The position numbers and the translations under genes are program-made. The notes under the pieces were generated by a model. It worked only from the letters and a program-made list of their open reading frames with translations, was not told where the DNA came from and did not search any database. Below, piece by piece: positions 13,880 through 27,100 of a DNA stretch of 64,000 bases. This stretch comes from Mustelus asterias. Lineage: Eukaryota. Position 1 is the stretch's first letter. Each line of letters begins with the position of its first letter. The DNA is taken from positions 54,064,001-54,128,000 of the forward strand of contig NC_135804.1 of NCBI RefSeq assembly GCF_964213995.1, written 5' to 3'.

Positions 13880-14880
13880 CCAATGTTGAACTTGAGTTCC
13901 ACCAGGATCACTCAGCTCCTAAGTTCATTATAAATTTTATCCAAATATGGATTGAATTCAAGAGGTGAGTTGAGAGTGACTTCCCTTGATACCAAGGCAG
14001 AATTTGACTGTGTGCTGCATCAAGGATCCCTAACAAGTTGAAGACAATGGGGATCGGGGAAAAACCCTCTACTAGTTGAACTCATACCCAACACAAAGGA
14101 AGATTGTGATTGTCGGAAGCCAATCATCTTGGCCCTAGGATATCACTGCAGCACTTCCTCATATGGTATCCTAGACCCAACCATCTTCAGTTGCTTCATT
14201 AGTGACCTTCCGTCCAACATAAGATCAGAAGTGGAGATGTTTGCTGATGATTGCAAAGTGGCTAATGCCATTACAACTCATCAGACAATGAAGCAGTCTG
14301 TCCTCACATGCAGCAAGTCCTGGATAACATTCAGACTTGCGCTGATAAGTGACAAATAACATGCACACCTGCCTCATAAATACCACACAATGTCAATCTC
14401 CAACTGGAGAAAATCTGACCATCTCACCTTGACATTCAATGGCACTCCCATCATTGAATGCCCCACCATCGACATCCTGGGGGTTAACATTTCCCAGAAA
14501 CCTAACTGGATCGGCTGTATAAATTCTGTGGTTCCATGAGCAGGGCAGTGGCAGGGAATTCCATGGTGAGTAACTCACCGCCTGATTCCCCCAAACTCAT
14601 CCCATATCTATAAGGCACAAGTTAGGAGTGTTCTGGAATACTCTTCACTTGCCTGGATGAGTACAGCAAAAACAACACTGAAAATGCTCTATACCATTCC
14701 TGACATTGTACAACATCCCTCACCTCAAATATTCATTCCCTCCTTCACTGCCACACAGTGGCAGCCGTGTGTACCATATACAAAATACACTGCAGCAACT
14801 CACCAAGATTCCTTTGACAGGACTTTGCAAACCTGTGGCCTCTACTACCTAGACAAACAAGGGTAGCGGACACATGGGAT
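13880..14880 (+). mobile_element. Decayed LINE RT fragment (L2/CR1 superfamily, distinct from the CR1 copies)
   Basis: ILDPTIFSCFISDLPSNIRSEVEMFADDC (ORF 14129-14359); IYKAQVRSVLEYS near 14605-14645. Confidence 0.7.
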
Positions 14881-14899
14881 AATTCCCAACTGTAATTTC

Positions 14900-17165
14900 C
14901 CCTTATTACCATCTCAGTAGAGACCAGTAAGTCATTTTGATAAAAAAGAGGAAGAAATCCAATATCCCAGTTACTTACTGAAGAATGAAGCCACAAGATC
15001 CCACGGTTTAAAACAGCTGAGTATTTTATTTTACAAGAGTCAAACAAAGAAAACACTAGATAACATTCGGTAACCCCCTCGACTCTCAAACCCAAAATCA
15101 ACATAATTTAAGCACGAATTAACAGGAAAATTGCAGTCGATTATAAACTATAAATTATATATTAAATGGCAGATATGTTAAAGACAGATCTTAGGAATTG
15201 GCTCAGCAGACCATACAGTGTATATGTCATCAATCTCTGTCACAAAATTATTTAAAATTCTGTGTTGCTTGTGAATAATTTAAATCTCTCTTCTTCTAGG
15301 ATTTGGCCTGATTCTCCAGCCAACACCAGTGCACAATCAACCTGAGTTCCACGGGTCTGGTCTGCACCAAAAATAGCACAACTTTGTGCAACCTCAGCAA
15401 CATTGCTTTTGATGGTCTGTATGGTGTTGAACCACCAATTCTATCTTCAAATAACAGAAAAAACTGCAGTATTTATATCTTTGCCGAATCTCAGCTTCTG
15501 GATCTGATCTCCATCTTCTTCAGCGTGCTTTACTGCACCACTAGGATCATCATCCAAGCTTGGGTGACTGAGTCCTCTTATAGGAGGAAACTAATTTTGA
15601 TCTTCCCAGAAGTTTTGGTTTCTAGTCTGAGTTTCAGTTTCCTTAGAAACTGGAAGGATCTGTTTCCTTTCTCACTTTTCTTTTGTGGCTTCCCTTTAGA
15701 GCCGCAGATTCCAGCACTGTTCCTTCCCTTGGGAAAAAGGAAAGCTTTACCAAAGCAAAGTTTTCATTGCAACCATTTTGAAATACAGCAAGTTCTTATC
15801 TTCATATGCATTTTAACAAATAGATTATTCCACACTGCACAGGTAGTCCTTTTCATATTTCACAATTACACACACAGAGTGGGATTTTCCAGCCCTTCCT
15901 GCCAGCAGAATCATCCTGTCCCCCTGCCGAAGGCAAACCCTCCCCACAGTAGGACAGGTGAGCCACGCAAAAATCCCACCAACCGTGTTTCGAAAACCTT
16001 AAGGGCTTAACCAAAGCAAAAGCAAATAAATGTAACAATTAGGATTAGCAGGATTCAAACATCCTGAGTGATCATAACTCTGGAATCTGCCTTCTCTCCA
16101 ACGTCTCTTCTTTAAATCCAGACAAAGTGTTGGGATTACTTTGCGTTTCCTGGCAACATGCTTAATTTTTATTTTTCAAACTCCAGTGAAACACCAGTGA
16201 ATTGTGATTGGGGTAAATTACGTGTTGGTTTGATTATCTGAAATATATACTTCAAATTGTTAAAGGGCGAAGACAAGATTCAATGTTTCCTTCTCACTTG
16301 TGGAGTTGTTTCATTGATATTAATTAAGTTTTCTTGAGAAATAACTGACTGGAGCTCTTTGTCATCATGATCATCTTATAGTGGCACACTCCTATATCTA
16401 TATCACTAACATCAATAGATATTTTGAATGGTTTATTGAAATTTGGAACGGCCTAAACAGGTTCACTTATAATACAATCTGACAAGACTTTCTCCAGTCA
16501 ACTTATATATCTTGCATCAAAGGGTTCATTAATGGTGTGACTACCATGCTGAAATTCAGGACAAACTTCCTGTAGAACCAACACATTCTGAGGACCATAT
16601 TATTCCCAGTTTTGTTTCAGGAAAGGGCAAGTCCATAATCATTTGAATGTTAAGTTTCTGGGCAACACGCGATCTTGCCCCATGACACGTCCCAAAAAGG
16701 TACCTTTGGCCATGACAAACGTCACCAAAGTTTTCACCAAATCAGTTTCACCCAGTCTTTCAAATAGTGCATTCAGGAATTCAACATGTTCTTCACAATG
16801 CTATCAGTGAATCAAATCAAAGGAGCTGGTGTTCTCCAGTCATACTGACACCAAAATGTGATGGATCATTAAATTCTGCATTGATTACAGGAAAGCTAAT
16901 GCTGCAAGAAAATCTGATTCTTATCCAATTCCCTTTTGTCAGGGTTCCATTGATAGAGTAGAAAATTCAGATTTTGTTAGTAAGATTAATTTGCTGAAAG
17001 GTTATTGGCAAGATCCATGAACAGATAAAGTCAAATATCAATAGATAATGGGTATACATAGCATAGTGGCGTAATCCAGCGATTATTTGGTTTGTCGACG
17101 TGGTAGCTAGTGCATTCTTCATTCCAAACGTACATTGGTACAGGGAATCACGGCTTATCAAAGTC
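14900..17165. mobile_element. Scrambled Gypsy-type LTR retrotransposon remnant
   Basis: RT-like WCSPVILTPKCDGS on + (16767-16961) and FGMKNALAT on - (16967-17167), so an internal inversion; the upstream extent is inferred. Confidence 0.5.
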
Positions 17166-17959
17166 AAGGTTTATTTAAAAGCAAAATACTACAGATGCTG
17201 GAATCTGAAACAAACAGAAAATGCTGGAAAATCTCAGCAGGTCTGGCAGCATTTGTGGAGAGAGAATAGAGCTCATTGCCAAAATTGTATTGCCCAGCCT
17301 GCCACAGAATCAGAGTGGGCGAGGGGCAGACAATGGAAATGTCCACTGATCTTGGGGGGGATTTTCTGGCCTTGGGTCAAGTGAGGCCGTAAAATCCCGC
17401 CCAATGTTTAGAGTCTGGGTTACCCTCTCAGCAGGTCTGACAGCATCTGTGGAGAGAGAATAGTTCTTTTGCCACAGATGCTGTCAGACCTACTGAGATT
17501 TTCCAGCATTTTCTGTTTTTGTTTGAGATTTATTTGTTGTCTATGGGAGTTTGCTTTGTACAAATTGGTTGCCCTGTTCCCTGCATTACCACAATCACCA
17601 TAGTTCAAATAGTACTTCACTGATTGTAAAGTACTTTGGGACATTCTGAGATTGTGAAAGCCGGATGTAAATGGCAATTATTTATTTCAATGTAAGCTTT
17701 ATAGTTTTGACTGTTACATGTAGGCTATTACATTGGTGAAGCTTCCTCAGATGCATGAGAACTTGTAGAATTGGTTTTTGGATTAGTGAAATAGGTTCAA
17801 TATAGGCTATCTCTACTCATGGATGCAGGATAAACCCTTCGGCACTACAATTACACGAGGTCTCAAAAGAGCTCTGCCAAGTAACGCAGTCCTCAATTAA
17901 TCTTAATCATACATCAAATACTCAATGTATACATTGTGACGCCGGTGTCCCTCTATCTT

Positions 17960-18135
17960 CTGGCTAACCAATCGGTCAGGTGTGCAATGGATGGAAGCGT
18001 TCATTACAATGGCAACATTGAATGTCCTAAAGTGACTAATCTGTTGAAATCCAGGATTAATCAAATTGTCTTTTAGAAGCATTGACACAGAACAGCTGAG
18101 ACTAATAGCCTTGACTAACGCCCCGCCCGCCAAAG
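17960..18135 (+). promoter_or_regulatory. Putative proximal promoter of the ZP-domain gene
   Basis: CCAAT 17968-17972, E-boxes CAGGTG 17977-17982 and CAGCTG 18093-18098, GC box CCCCGCCC 18121-18128, all within about 230 bp of the ATG; short motifs, function untested. Confidence 0.4.
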
Positions 18136-18194
18136 GAAATGTTAAAATCCCTTTGAGCGGTGCCGTATAGGAACTGGTGGAGAGGAGCATACAA

Positions 18195-18197
18195 ATG
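18195..18197 (+). CDS. ZP gene exon 1 coding part (ATG only)
   Basis: caaATG|gtgtgt donor; 80-nt intron to tttgcag|; supplies the Met missing from the signal-peptide exon. Confidence 0.65.
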
Positions 18198-21100
18198 GTG
18201 TGTGTAAGGGATTTACTATCAGTCTGAAAAATTCAAACCGGCCAGAATAGGAAATGACATCTTGTGTATTTTTGCAGGCGCTGTTCAAGGTGCTGACGCT
18301 GTTATTTTGTGGAGCTTTCGTTATAACTCATTGTTCTGGTAAGTTTGCAAGTAGAGAATTGCTTCACAATGTAGTTAAAAAGCGAATACCACCCGCCCTG
18401 TCCCTGCTGTGATCCCCTTTCCCAGCCTAGTAAATGTTTTAAATCTCAAACCAGCGACTCTCGACCACTGGTTGAAAAGGTTTAAGGGTTTTGGAAATAT
18501 TAATATCGAAATGTGACTTTTTTATCAAAACAATTTTGCATTCATGGTCTTAATTCGATCAGTTAGTTTATACTAAACTAGTGTTTTAGTGTAAATTAAC
18601 TTTGAACTCTTTATCGCTATGACATGATCTCGTGATCCTCTAGCCTTTAATCAGGGATAACGGTCTTTCTCAAATGGAGATAAGAATCGCAACTTCGAGT
18701 GACATGTGAGCATAATCCCACAAGTTTAGATTTGATCTAGGAAAAGCCACGTGACTGATTTTGTGTAAATGGCTGAAGTAACGGTAGTTTTAATAATTAC
18801 TCAATTTGTGTTTAAGTTTAGTCATTAGTGTCACAAGTAGGCTTAAATTAACAGTGCAAGTTACTGTGAAAATCCCCTAGCCATGACACTCCGGTGCCTG
18901 TTTGGGTACACTGAGGGAGAATTTGGCATGGCCAATGCATCTAACTGGCATGTCTTTTGGACTCTGGGAGGAACCAGAGCACCTGGAGGAAACCCATGTA
19001 GACTCTACACAGACAATGAGCCAACCTGGGTCCCTGGTACTGGGGCAGCAATGCTTACCGCTGCACTACCTTGCACAGACAGTGACCCAAGCTGGGAATC
19101 AAACCTGGGTCTCTGGTGCTGTGAGGCAGCAAAGCTAACCACTGTTGCCTTATTTTGGGCAAATATATTTTTATATAAACTTATCACAGTTGTGCTTTTG
19201 TCATGAACTCTCAAAAAAGTAGATGTGTTGTGAAATTTGGAATTAACATGGGGGGGAATGGTGTATGGAAATTTGGTTTAAAAGTTGAATACAATCCCTA
19301 GTAATTAAGAGCAAAATACTGCAGATGCTGGAAAATCCAGTAGGTCATACTGACTCAATGTTAACTCAGTTACTGCTGAGATTTTCTATTCCCAAAATTG
19401 ATTTGGAGGGAGACTGAAAGCAAGCTGAGCATCAGATATTGCTGGAAATATCACTACTTATGGCTTTTGGTGAGGTAGTGGCTTGCAAAAAGGGTTTATA
19501 AAGACTGAATGAGAACTAAGTAGTTCTGCTTTAATTTGTACCAATTTTATCCAATAGGTTGTGATCCTAATCCTTGTAAAAATGAAGGGACCTGTAGTAT
19601 TGTGAATGATGTTGCTCAATGCAAGTGTGTTCATGGACTTACAGGCGAGACATGTGAAGGTAAAACTGCCCTATTAGTCATTTTTCAATGTAAGCAGGTG
19701 AGGAGTGGTGTACTGAAATTAAATGCAGTGGGTACAGACATTGATGCCATCAACTTGCATGTATCTAAATTTACTGCAGCAATAGTGAATTATCTCTTTC
19801 TCTGGTTTTTAAAACTGATCACACCATTCCCTCATCTAGCTGGGTGGTACTACCCTCACCTCGCTACAACTCTTGTATACCTATCCTTGCTCCATCCTGT
19901 TTCTCCTTTACTTCAGGACAACATCTGAAAATCCATCTTCAATAGTCGATAAACATTTAAGAACATAAGAAATAGGAGCAGGCCATCTAGCCCCTTGGGC
20001 CTGCCCTGCCATTCAACAAGATCGATAAGGGAATTAAGGGATATGGGGAGCAGGTGGGTAAGTGGAACTGATTTGCCTCAGATCAGCCATGCCCTGCCAT
20101 TCAACAAGATCATGGCTGATCTGAGGCAAATCAGTTCCACTTACCCACCTGCTCCCCATATCCCTTAATTCCCTTATCGATCAGAAAGCTATCTGCCTGT
20201 GATTTAAACATATTCAACAAAGTAGCCTCCACCACTTCAATGGGCAGAGAATTCCAGAGATTCGCTACCCTCTGAGAGAAATTCCCCCTCAACTCTGTTC
20301 TGAACCGGCCCCCACTTATTCTGAGGCTGTGCCCTCTAGTTCTGGTTTCCCTTCTAAGTGGAAAGAATCTCTATCTCTACCCTATCCAGCCCCTTCATTA
20401 TCTTGTCTCTATAAGATCACCCCTCAGCCTTCTAAACTCCAACGAGTACAGACCCAATCTGTTCAATCTCTCATAATCTACACCCCTCATCTCCAGTATC
20501 AACCTGGTGAACCTTCTCTGCACTCCCTCCAAGGCCAATATATCCTTTTGCAAATAAGGGGACCAAAACTGCGCACAGTACTCCAGCTGCAGCCTCACCA
20601 GTGCCTTGTATAGTTGCAGCAAGACCTCCCTGCTTTTATATTCTATCCCCCTTGTGATAAAGGCCAACATTCCATTTGCCACCTTGATCACCTGCAGACT
20701 GAGTTTTTGCAATTCGTGCACAAGGACCCCCAGGTCCCTCTGCACAGTAGCATGATGTAATTTTTCTCCATTTAAATATTTCAATTTACTATTTCTTCCA
20801 AAGTGGATAACCTTAGATTTGCCAATGTTATATTCCATCTGCCAGATCCTCACCCACTCGCTCAGCCTATCCAAATCTCTCTTCAGACTTTCCGCATCCT
20901 CCATGCAATTTGCTTTCCCACTCATCTTGTCATCAGCAAACTTTGGTACCCTACACTCAGTCCCCTCCTCCAGATCATCTATGTAAATGGTAAACAGTTG
21001 AGGCCCTAGCACTGATCCCTGTGGCATGCCACTGGTCACTAACTGCCAACTAGAAAAGCACCCATTTATTCCAACTCTCTGCTTCCTGTTAGATAGCTAA

Positions 21101-24100
21101 TCCACAATCCACGCCAGCACCTTACCCCCAACTCCGTGTACCCCAATCTTCTGCAGCAACCTTTTTAGGCACCTTATCGAATGTCTTTTGGAAATCTAAA
21201 AACGCCACATCCACCGGTTCCCCTGTCAACCGCACTAGTCACATCTTCATAAAAATCCAGTAAATTTGTTAAACACTACTTTCCCTTCATGAATCCATGC
21301 TGCTTCTGCTTGATCGAACCATTCTTATCCAGGTGCTCTGCTATTTCCTCTTTAATGATGGACTCTAGCATCTTCCCAACTACAGACGTTAAGCTAACCG
21401 GCCAATGTTTACTTCAAAAACCTTGACAAGACAAGTCTTTGCTCTTCAGTGGAACTGGCTTATTCATAACCTTGGTGTCAAACTTGAGGATTCTGCTATA
21501 GCTAAGGCTGTCTATTTTCATCACCTAACTCTACTCTTGCCTCTGCTTAATGCTGCTGAAGCCCTCAACTAAATCTTTGTTATGTGGATTTAACTACTCC
21601 AATACCTTCCTCTAGTTCTACCCTCTACAAACTTCATTTATTGCCCATACGTTAATGTGAACCTGGTTCTGCTATATTCTGTAGCCATTAAGCAATATCT
21701 CAACTTCTCTCCTTTTGCATCTCTACTCCTGCCAATTCTGGCTGCTTGAAACATTGTTTAACCACTGTCATTAGTGACTGCTATCGGCCAGATAAAGTTG
21801 CCTCTTTTTTGAACATACTTGACCTAAAACAGATTATCGTGGATCTCTGCTGTCATTTGGGGTTGCCTTGTATAAATACAAGGCCACATGAAAAATTGCA
21901 GTTACAAAATCAATTAATTGCCTGTAGTAGGAAGAGATTAAAAGCAACTTTCTTTTCTCTCTAGATATAAAAATGGATGTGATGTGTAAGCAGACCTACA
22001 TAAAAGTCTCGGTCTTAAAGGATTACTTTGACTGGAAAAATGTAACCAAGGACTCTGTACAGCTGTTTGAGGGTGCCTGCAAAGCTGCAATAGAAGTTAT
22101 AAATGGGAATGAATACTACACTATTACCATACACCACAATAATTACTCCAGTTGTGGTACTGTTCTGGTGGTAAGAATTTAATTGAACATGTGATGGGCT
22201 GAATGGCCTCCTGTGGTGTTCTGATTTCTATGAAGCTATTTATTTAACTAGATGTCCCCACAGGAGTTCTAGAAGTTTGCTAGTTGTCAATTAGCAACTA
22301 CATAGCAGTCACAGCATTAGATATGCAGGTTAGTCCGTCACTTGACTAGCAACTTGGTTTGGAGGGAGAAAATGTGAAATTGCACATCTTTCAAGTGTTT
22401 GAAGATGACCAATACATTCTCAACTTTCCACGGGAATGTCATAGAATAGTCATAGAAATCCTACAGTACAGAAAGAGGCCATTCGGCCCATCGAGTCTGC
22501 ACCGACCACAATCCCACCAGGCCCTACCCCCATATCTACCCACTGATCCCTCCAACCTACGCATCTCGGGACACTAAGGGCAATTTTTAGCATGGCCAAT
22601 CAACCTAACCCACACATCTTTGGACTGGGAGGAAACTGGAGCACCCGGAGGAAACCCACACAGACACGAGGAGAATGTGCAAACTCCACACAGTGACCCA
22701 AGCCGGGAATCAAACCCAGGTCCCTGGAGCTGTGAAGCAGCAATGCTAACCACTGCTACCGTGCTGCCTGTCTGTGGACTGTGCTTCTTCCTAATAACTG
22801 CAGTTACAGCAACCTCACTATCTAAATAGTACTTTGGAGAATATACCAAGTAATTGAGGGGGGGGTGGGGGGGGGGGGGAAACCTGTGAATCAGTGGCTG
22901 TATTACCTTAAACCAGGATTAATAAACTTTCTTCCATTTTCTAAATAGAACAGTATGCCACACATGGCAATAAAATCACAGGGCAATACTGTTGCTCCCA
23001 AATAGAGGTTTATTAATATCGTGTCTATTTCAAATTATTCTGCACATCTGTCTATAAAACTGCTGCATTCAAAGCACGTGATATAGGTTACAATTTGTGC
23101 TGTAAGATCATTGTCCCCAGCATCAGATTTAATCCAGTCAGGCCTCCATTGAGGTACAGGATTTTTTTGTCTTGGCTATACAATGCAGATTCACCAGAAT
23201 GATGCAGAGACTGCTTGAGGAATGGTTGAATAAACCAGTGCTCTCTCTGGAGTTTGTAAGGACATTTGGGGACCCTGAATTAGTTGAGCATTAGCCAGAG
23301 GTAGACTTGGAAGGCTGCCTTGTCTACAGAACAGCACACTGGCTGTCTTGTCTCAAGTTCAAAGTGGCATGAAGATGACTAAGTAAACCATGCTTAATGC
23401 TGGTAGTGTCAGGGGTGTGTATGTAATATTCATTCTATAGTAAGAAGCAAGAACATGCATCCATCTGCAAGTAAGACCAATATGAGCATTATTGAAACAC
23501 ACAGCACTAGTACTTTTTTTATTTGAGTTATGAACATTGCTGGCTAGGCCAACATTTTTGCCCATCCCTAGTTGACCTTCAGAAGGTACTGGTGAGCTAC
23601 CTTCTTGAACTACTATTGGGAGAATTCCAGGGTGTTGACCCAGTGACAATGAAGGAATGGTGATATATTTCCAACTCTAGATGGTGAGTGGTTTCGGTTT
23701 GAGTTTCATGTATCTGCTACCCTAATTCTTCCAGTTGAAAGTCAAGGGTTTGGAAGGTCTTGTCTAAGAAGGGGCCTTGGACAAGAATTTTCTGTAGCAT
23801 ATCTTGTTGATGGTAGACACTGAGGGGAGTGAATGTTTCAAGTGGCTACTTTATTCTGGATAATGTCAAGCTGCTTCAAGCTGCACTCCAGGTAAATGAA
23901 AGGGTATCCATTACTGCTATTCTTTGACAGTCTTTGGGGGGTCAGGAGGTGAGTTACTTGCTATGTGATTCTCTTGACCTGCTCTTTTAGCAATATTTAT
24001 ATTCTAGTGAGTTCCTGGTCGATGGTACCCCTGGCTGCTGTGAACATCCCCACTTATGATTGGGCCTAGGACACTACCCTGAGGAACTATATCCTGGAAT

Positions 24101-27100
24101 GGCATTTGATTGACAGTCTGTGAGCAAGTGTTGCTCTATACTATTGGTTACCCCTTCCATTATTTCCATTCAGTAAATTGATGGGGTGGTAATTGGTTCA
24201 GTTTTACTTTGTGTACACAAAATACCTGAGATTGTAAAATGTAATCTAGATTCCAATTTGAATTAAAATGCACTGAAGCCCTCTGATATTCAATCATAAG
24301 CACTGATTGTTCAAACTGTTTATTTTTTGTGGTCGAGAATAAAAATGTTGCCGAACCACTTGGAAATTCAGTTTAGCTTCTAATGGAAAGTTTGCTCATT
24401 CATAGAGTAATGCTACACACATCATGTATATGAATGGATTGCAGACCAAACAAATGACAGGAATCATCACCCGACTGCCTTCTGAAGCAATTGACTTCAC
24501 TTGTATATACCATCGGCAAAGAACAGTGCAGCTTAAATTCCCAATACAGCCAAAAACAACGCAAGTATTTTTTGGTTTCTTTTTTGATTACAATTTTTGA
24601 CTACTTGCATTATCAAATTGTAACATGCTTGTCTTTGTCCATGGAAATGAAAAACTGTTGCTGGCTTTCAGACTCTACTTAACTAGCTGAGATCTTCACT
24701 TGTCATTGGACTAGTGTTTTCAAAAAATCCTAGTTGTAGAGGAAAACTTGTTGCAAGGAACTTGCTAATCTCAACTTGGGTTCTGAAATGGTCATAGAAT
24801 CATAGAAGAATCATAGAATCCCTACAGTGCAGAAGGAGGCCATTCAGCCCATCGAGTCTACACCGACCACAATCCCACCCAGGCCCTACCCCCACATATT
24901 TTACCCGCCAATCCACGCATCTCAGGACTCTAAGGGGCAATTTTTTAACCTGGCCAATCAACCTAACCCGCACATCTTTGGACTGTGGGAGGAAACCGGA
25001 GCACCCGGAGGAAACCCACACAGACACGAGGAGAATGTGCAAACTCCACACAGACAGTGACCCGAGCCGGGAATCGAACCTGGGACCCTGGAGCTGTGAA
25101 GCAGCAGTGCTAACCACTGTGCTACTGTGCCGCCCCACTTCACTTTTTCTTTTTTCACTTTTTCAAGAAATGTTTGTCATAACTATGCTAAATCCAGATG
25201 AATTCAAAGGGACTCTGTTAAATATCACCAGGGACACAAGATGCATTTGTCTCTGGTACTGGCATCTAACAAATGCATGGTATCCAGTCTCGTGTGCGAC
25301 TGTGCAGAGGGACCTGGGGGTCCTTGTGCATGAATTGCAAAAACTCAGTCTGCAGGTGATCAAGAAGGCGAATGGAATGTTGGCCTTTATCACGAGGGGG
25401 ATAGAATATAAAAGCAGGGAGGTCTTGCTGCAACTGTACAAGGCACTGGTGAGGCCGCAACTGGAGTACTGTGTGCAGTTTTGGTCCCCTTATTTGCAAA
25501 AGGATATATTGGCCTTGGAGGGAGTGCAGAGAAAGTTCACCAGGTTGATACTGGAGATGAGGGGTGTAGCTTATGAGGAGAGATTAAACAGATTGGGTCT
25601 GTACTCGTTGGAGTTTAGAAGGATGAGGGGTGATCTTATAGAGACATGTAAGATAATGAAGGGGCTGGATAGGGTAGAGGTGGAGAGATTCTTTCCACTT
25701 AGAAGGGAAACCAGAACTAGAGTGCACAGCCTCATAAGGGGGGGCTGGTTCAGAACAGAGTTGAGGGGGAACTTCTTCTCTCGGAGGGTAGTGAATCTCT
25801 GGAATTCTCTGCCCATTGAAGTGGTGGAGGCTTCCTCATTGAATATGTTTAAATCACGGGTAAATAGTTTTCTGATCGATAAGGGAATTGGGGGTTATGG
25901 GGAGCAGGTGGGTAAGTGGAACTGATTTGCCTCAGATCAGCCATGATCTTGTTGAATGGCGGGGCAGGCTCGAAGGGCCAGATGGCCTACTCCTGCTCCT
26001 ATTTCTTGTGTTATGTTCTTGTGTACCCTTCTTCCAACTGCCTACACTGCTATCTTTATGTGTAAATGCTCTGGATTTGATCCTGTAAATGCATGTTACA
26101 CAATACAATTGTCCAACCAAGAAATGTCTTAGTGGAGCAAGATGAATTTGTCATCCATAAACCAAAAACTCCCTGCTGACTTTAATGCAGGAAGTTCTGA
26201 TTTGATCCAACTTGACTATTGCTTGTGCCCAATCTGAACATGGCTACCAAGTTCAAGCATGAAAGTGCTGCCCACCCATATGGATCAGAAGTACAGGTAT
26301 GAGTGCTATGGCCAGTCAGGAGGCTGCTTTCCATTGTGTCACTAAACACCACATGGATGCAAAACTTTCCTCCAACTTCTACTAGCTAGGGTTCTACAAG
26401 CCACTACGTATTCATCCTAACTATACCACTAGTCGGGTATCATATTGGAAAACCCAAATATCCTGACACGCTCAGCCCCAAGGCTTTGGATAAAAGATGT
26501 TTAGCTTGGACTGTATATATCCTGGGCTGCTTTCAGTATTTGGCAGCAGTTCAGTGATAAAACACCATTCTAATTTCTTTAATTGAAAGAACTATTGTCA
26601 CATGTATACAGTGGAAAAATTGTTTCTTGCATGCTATCCAGACAAAGCATACAGTTCATGGTGAAGTTTTAAAAGCATAAGACTAAAAGATAAAATTTGA
26701 AGCTGGGGACAGCTCACAAAGTCACCATGCTCCAAGGCCATCTTATGATCCTCTTCTCAGTCCAACCACTCACTTCACTGCTTTGCCCAAGAATTTAAAC
26801 ATTAAATGCACTGTTGGTCCTTGTAGTTTTTAAATCCCACATCTAGCTTGCAGTTCCCAGCAGATGTCACTCCATGTTAGTGGCAAACTGCTTCTGAGTG
26901 ACAAATGCATGCATGTGAAAAGGGACCATTCCAGCTCAGTGATGGGGTGATTCTAACCAATTTATTTCCTTCAATGCTAATTTTGTGGCCTACATGTGTT
27001 TTTTCAATTGTGCTCTTAGCAGGATTCCTGAATCCACAGGAACAGTTTTTGTTTACAAGCTGCTCTTCATCTAGAAGTTGCACAAATAATTTAACTACCT

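Noticed and set aside
15384-16010. 208-aa + strand ORF
   Set aside because: No recognisable domain or splice structure; lies within a probable decayed LTR-element region
22949-23153. Candidate ZP-N exon ending ...NPVRPPL ag|gtacag in the right phase
   Set aside because: In-frame TAA at 23014-23016, no usable acceptor after it and no ZP motifs; 24406-24560 fits far better
24978-25925. 315-aa ORF, the longest in the window
   Set aside because: Chance read-through of an antisense SINE, intron sequence and a CR1 ORF2 C-terminus; not a host gene
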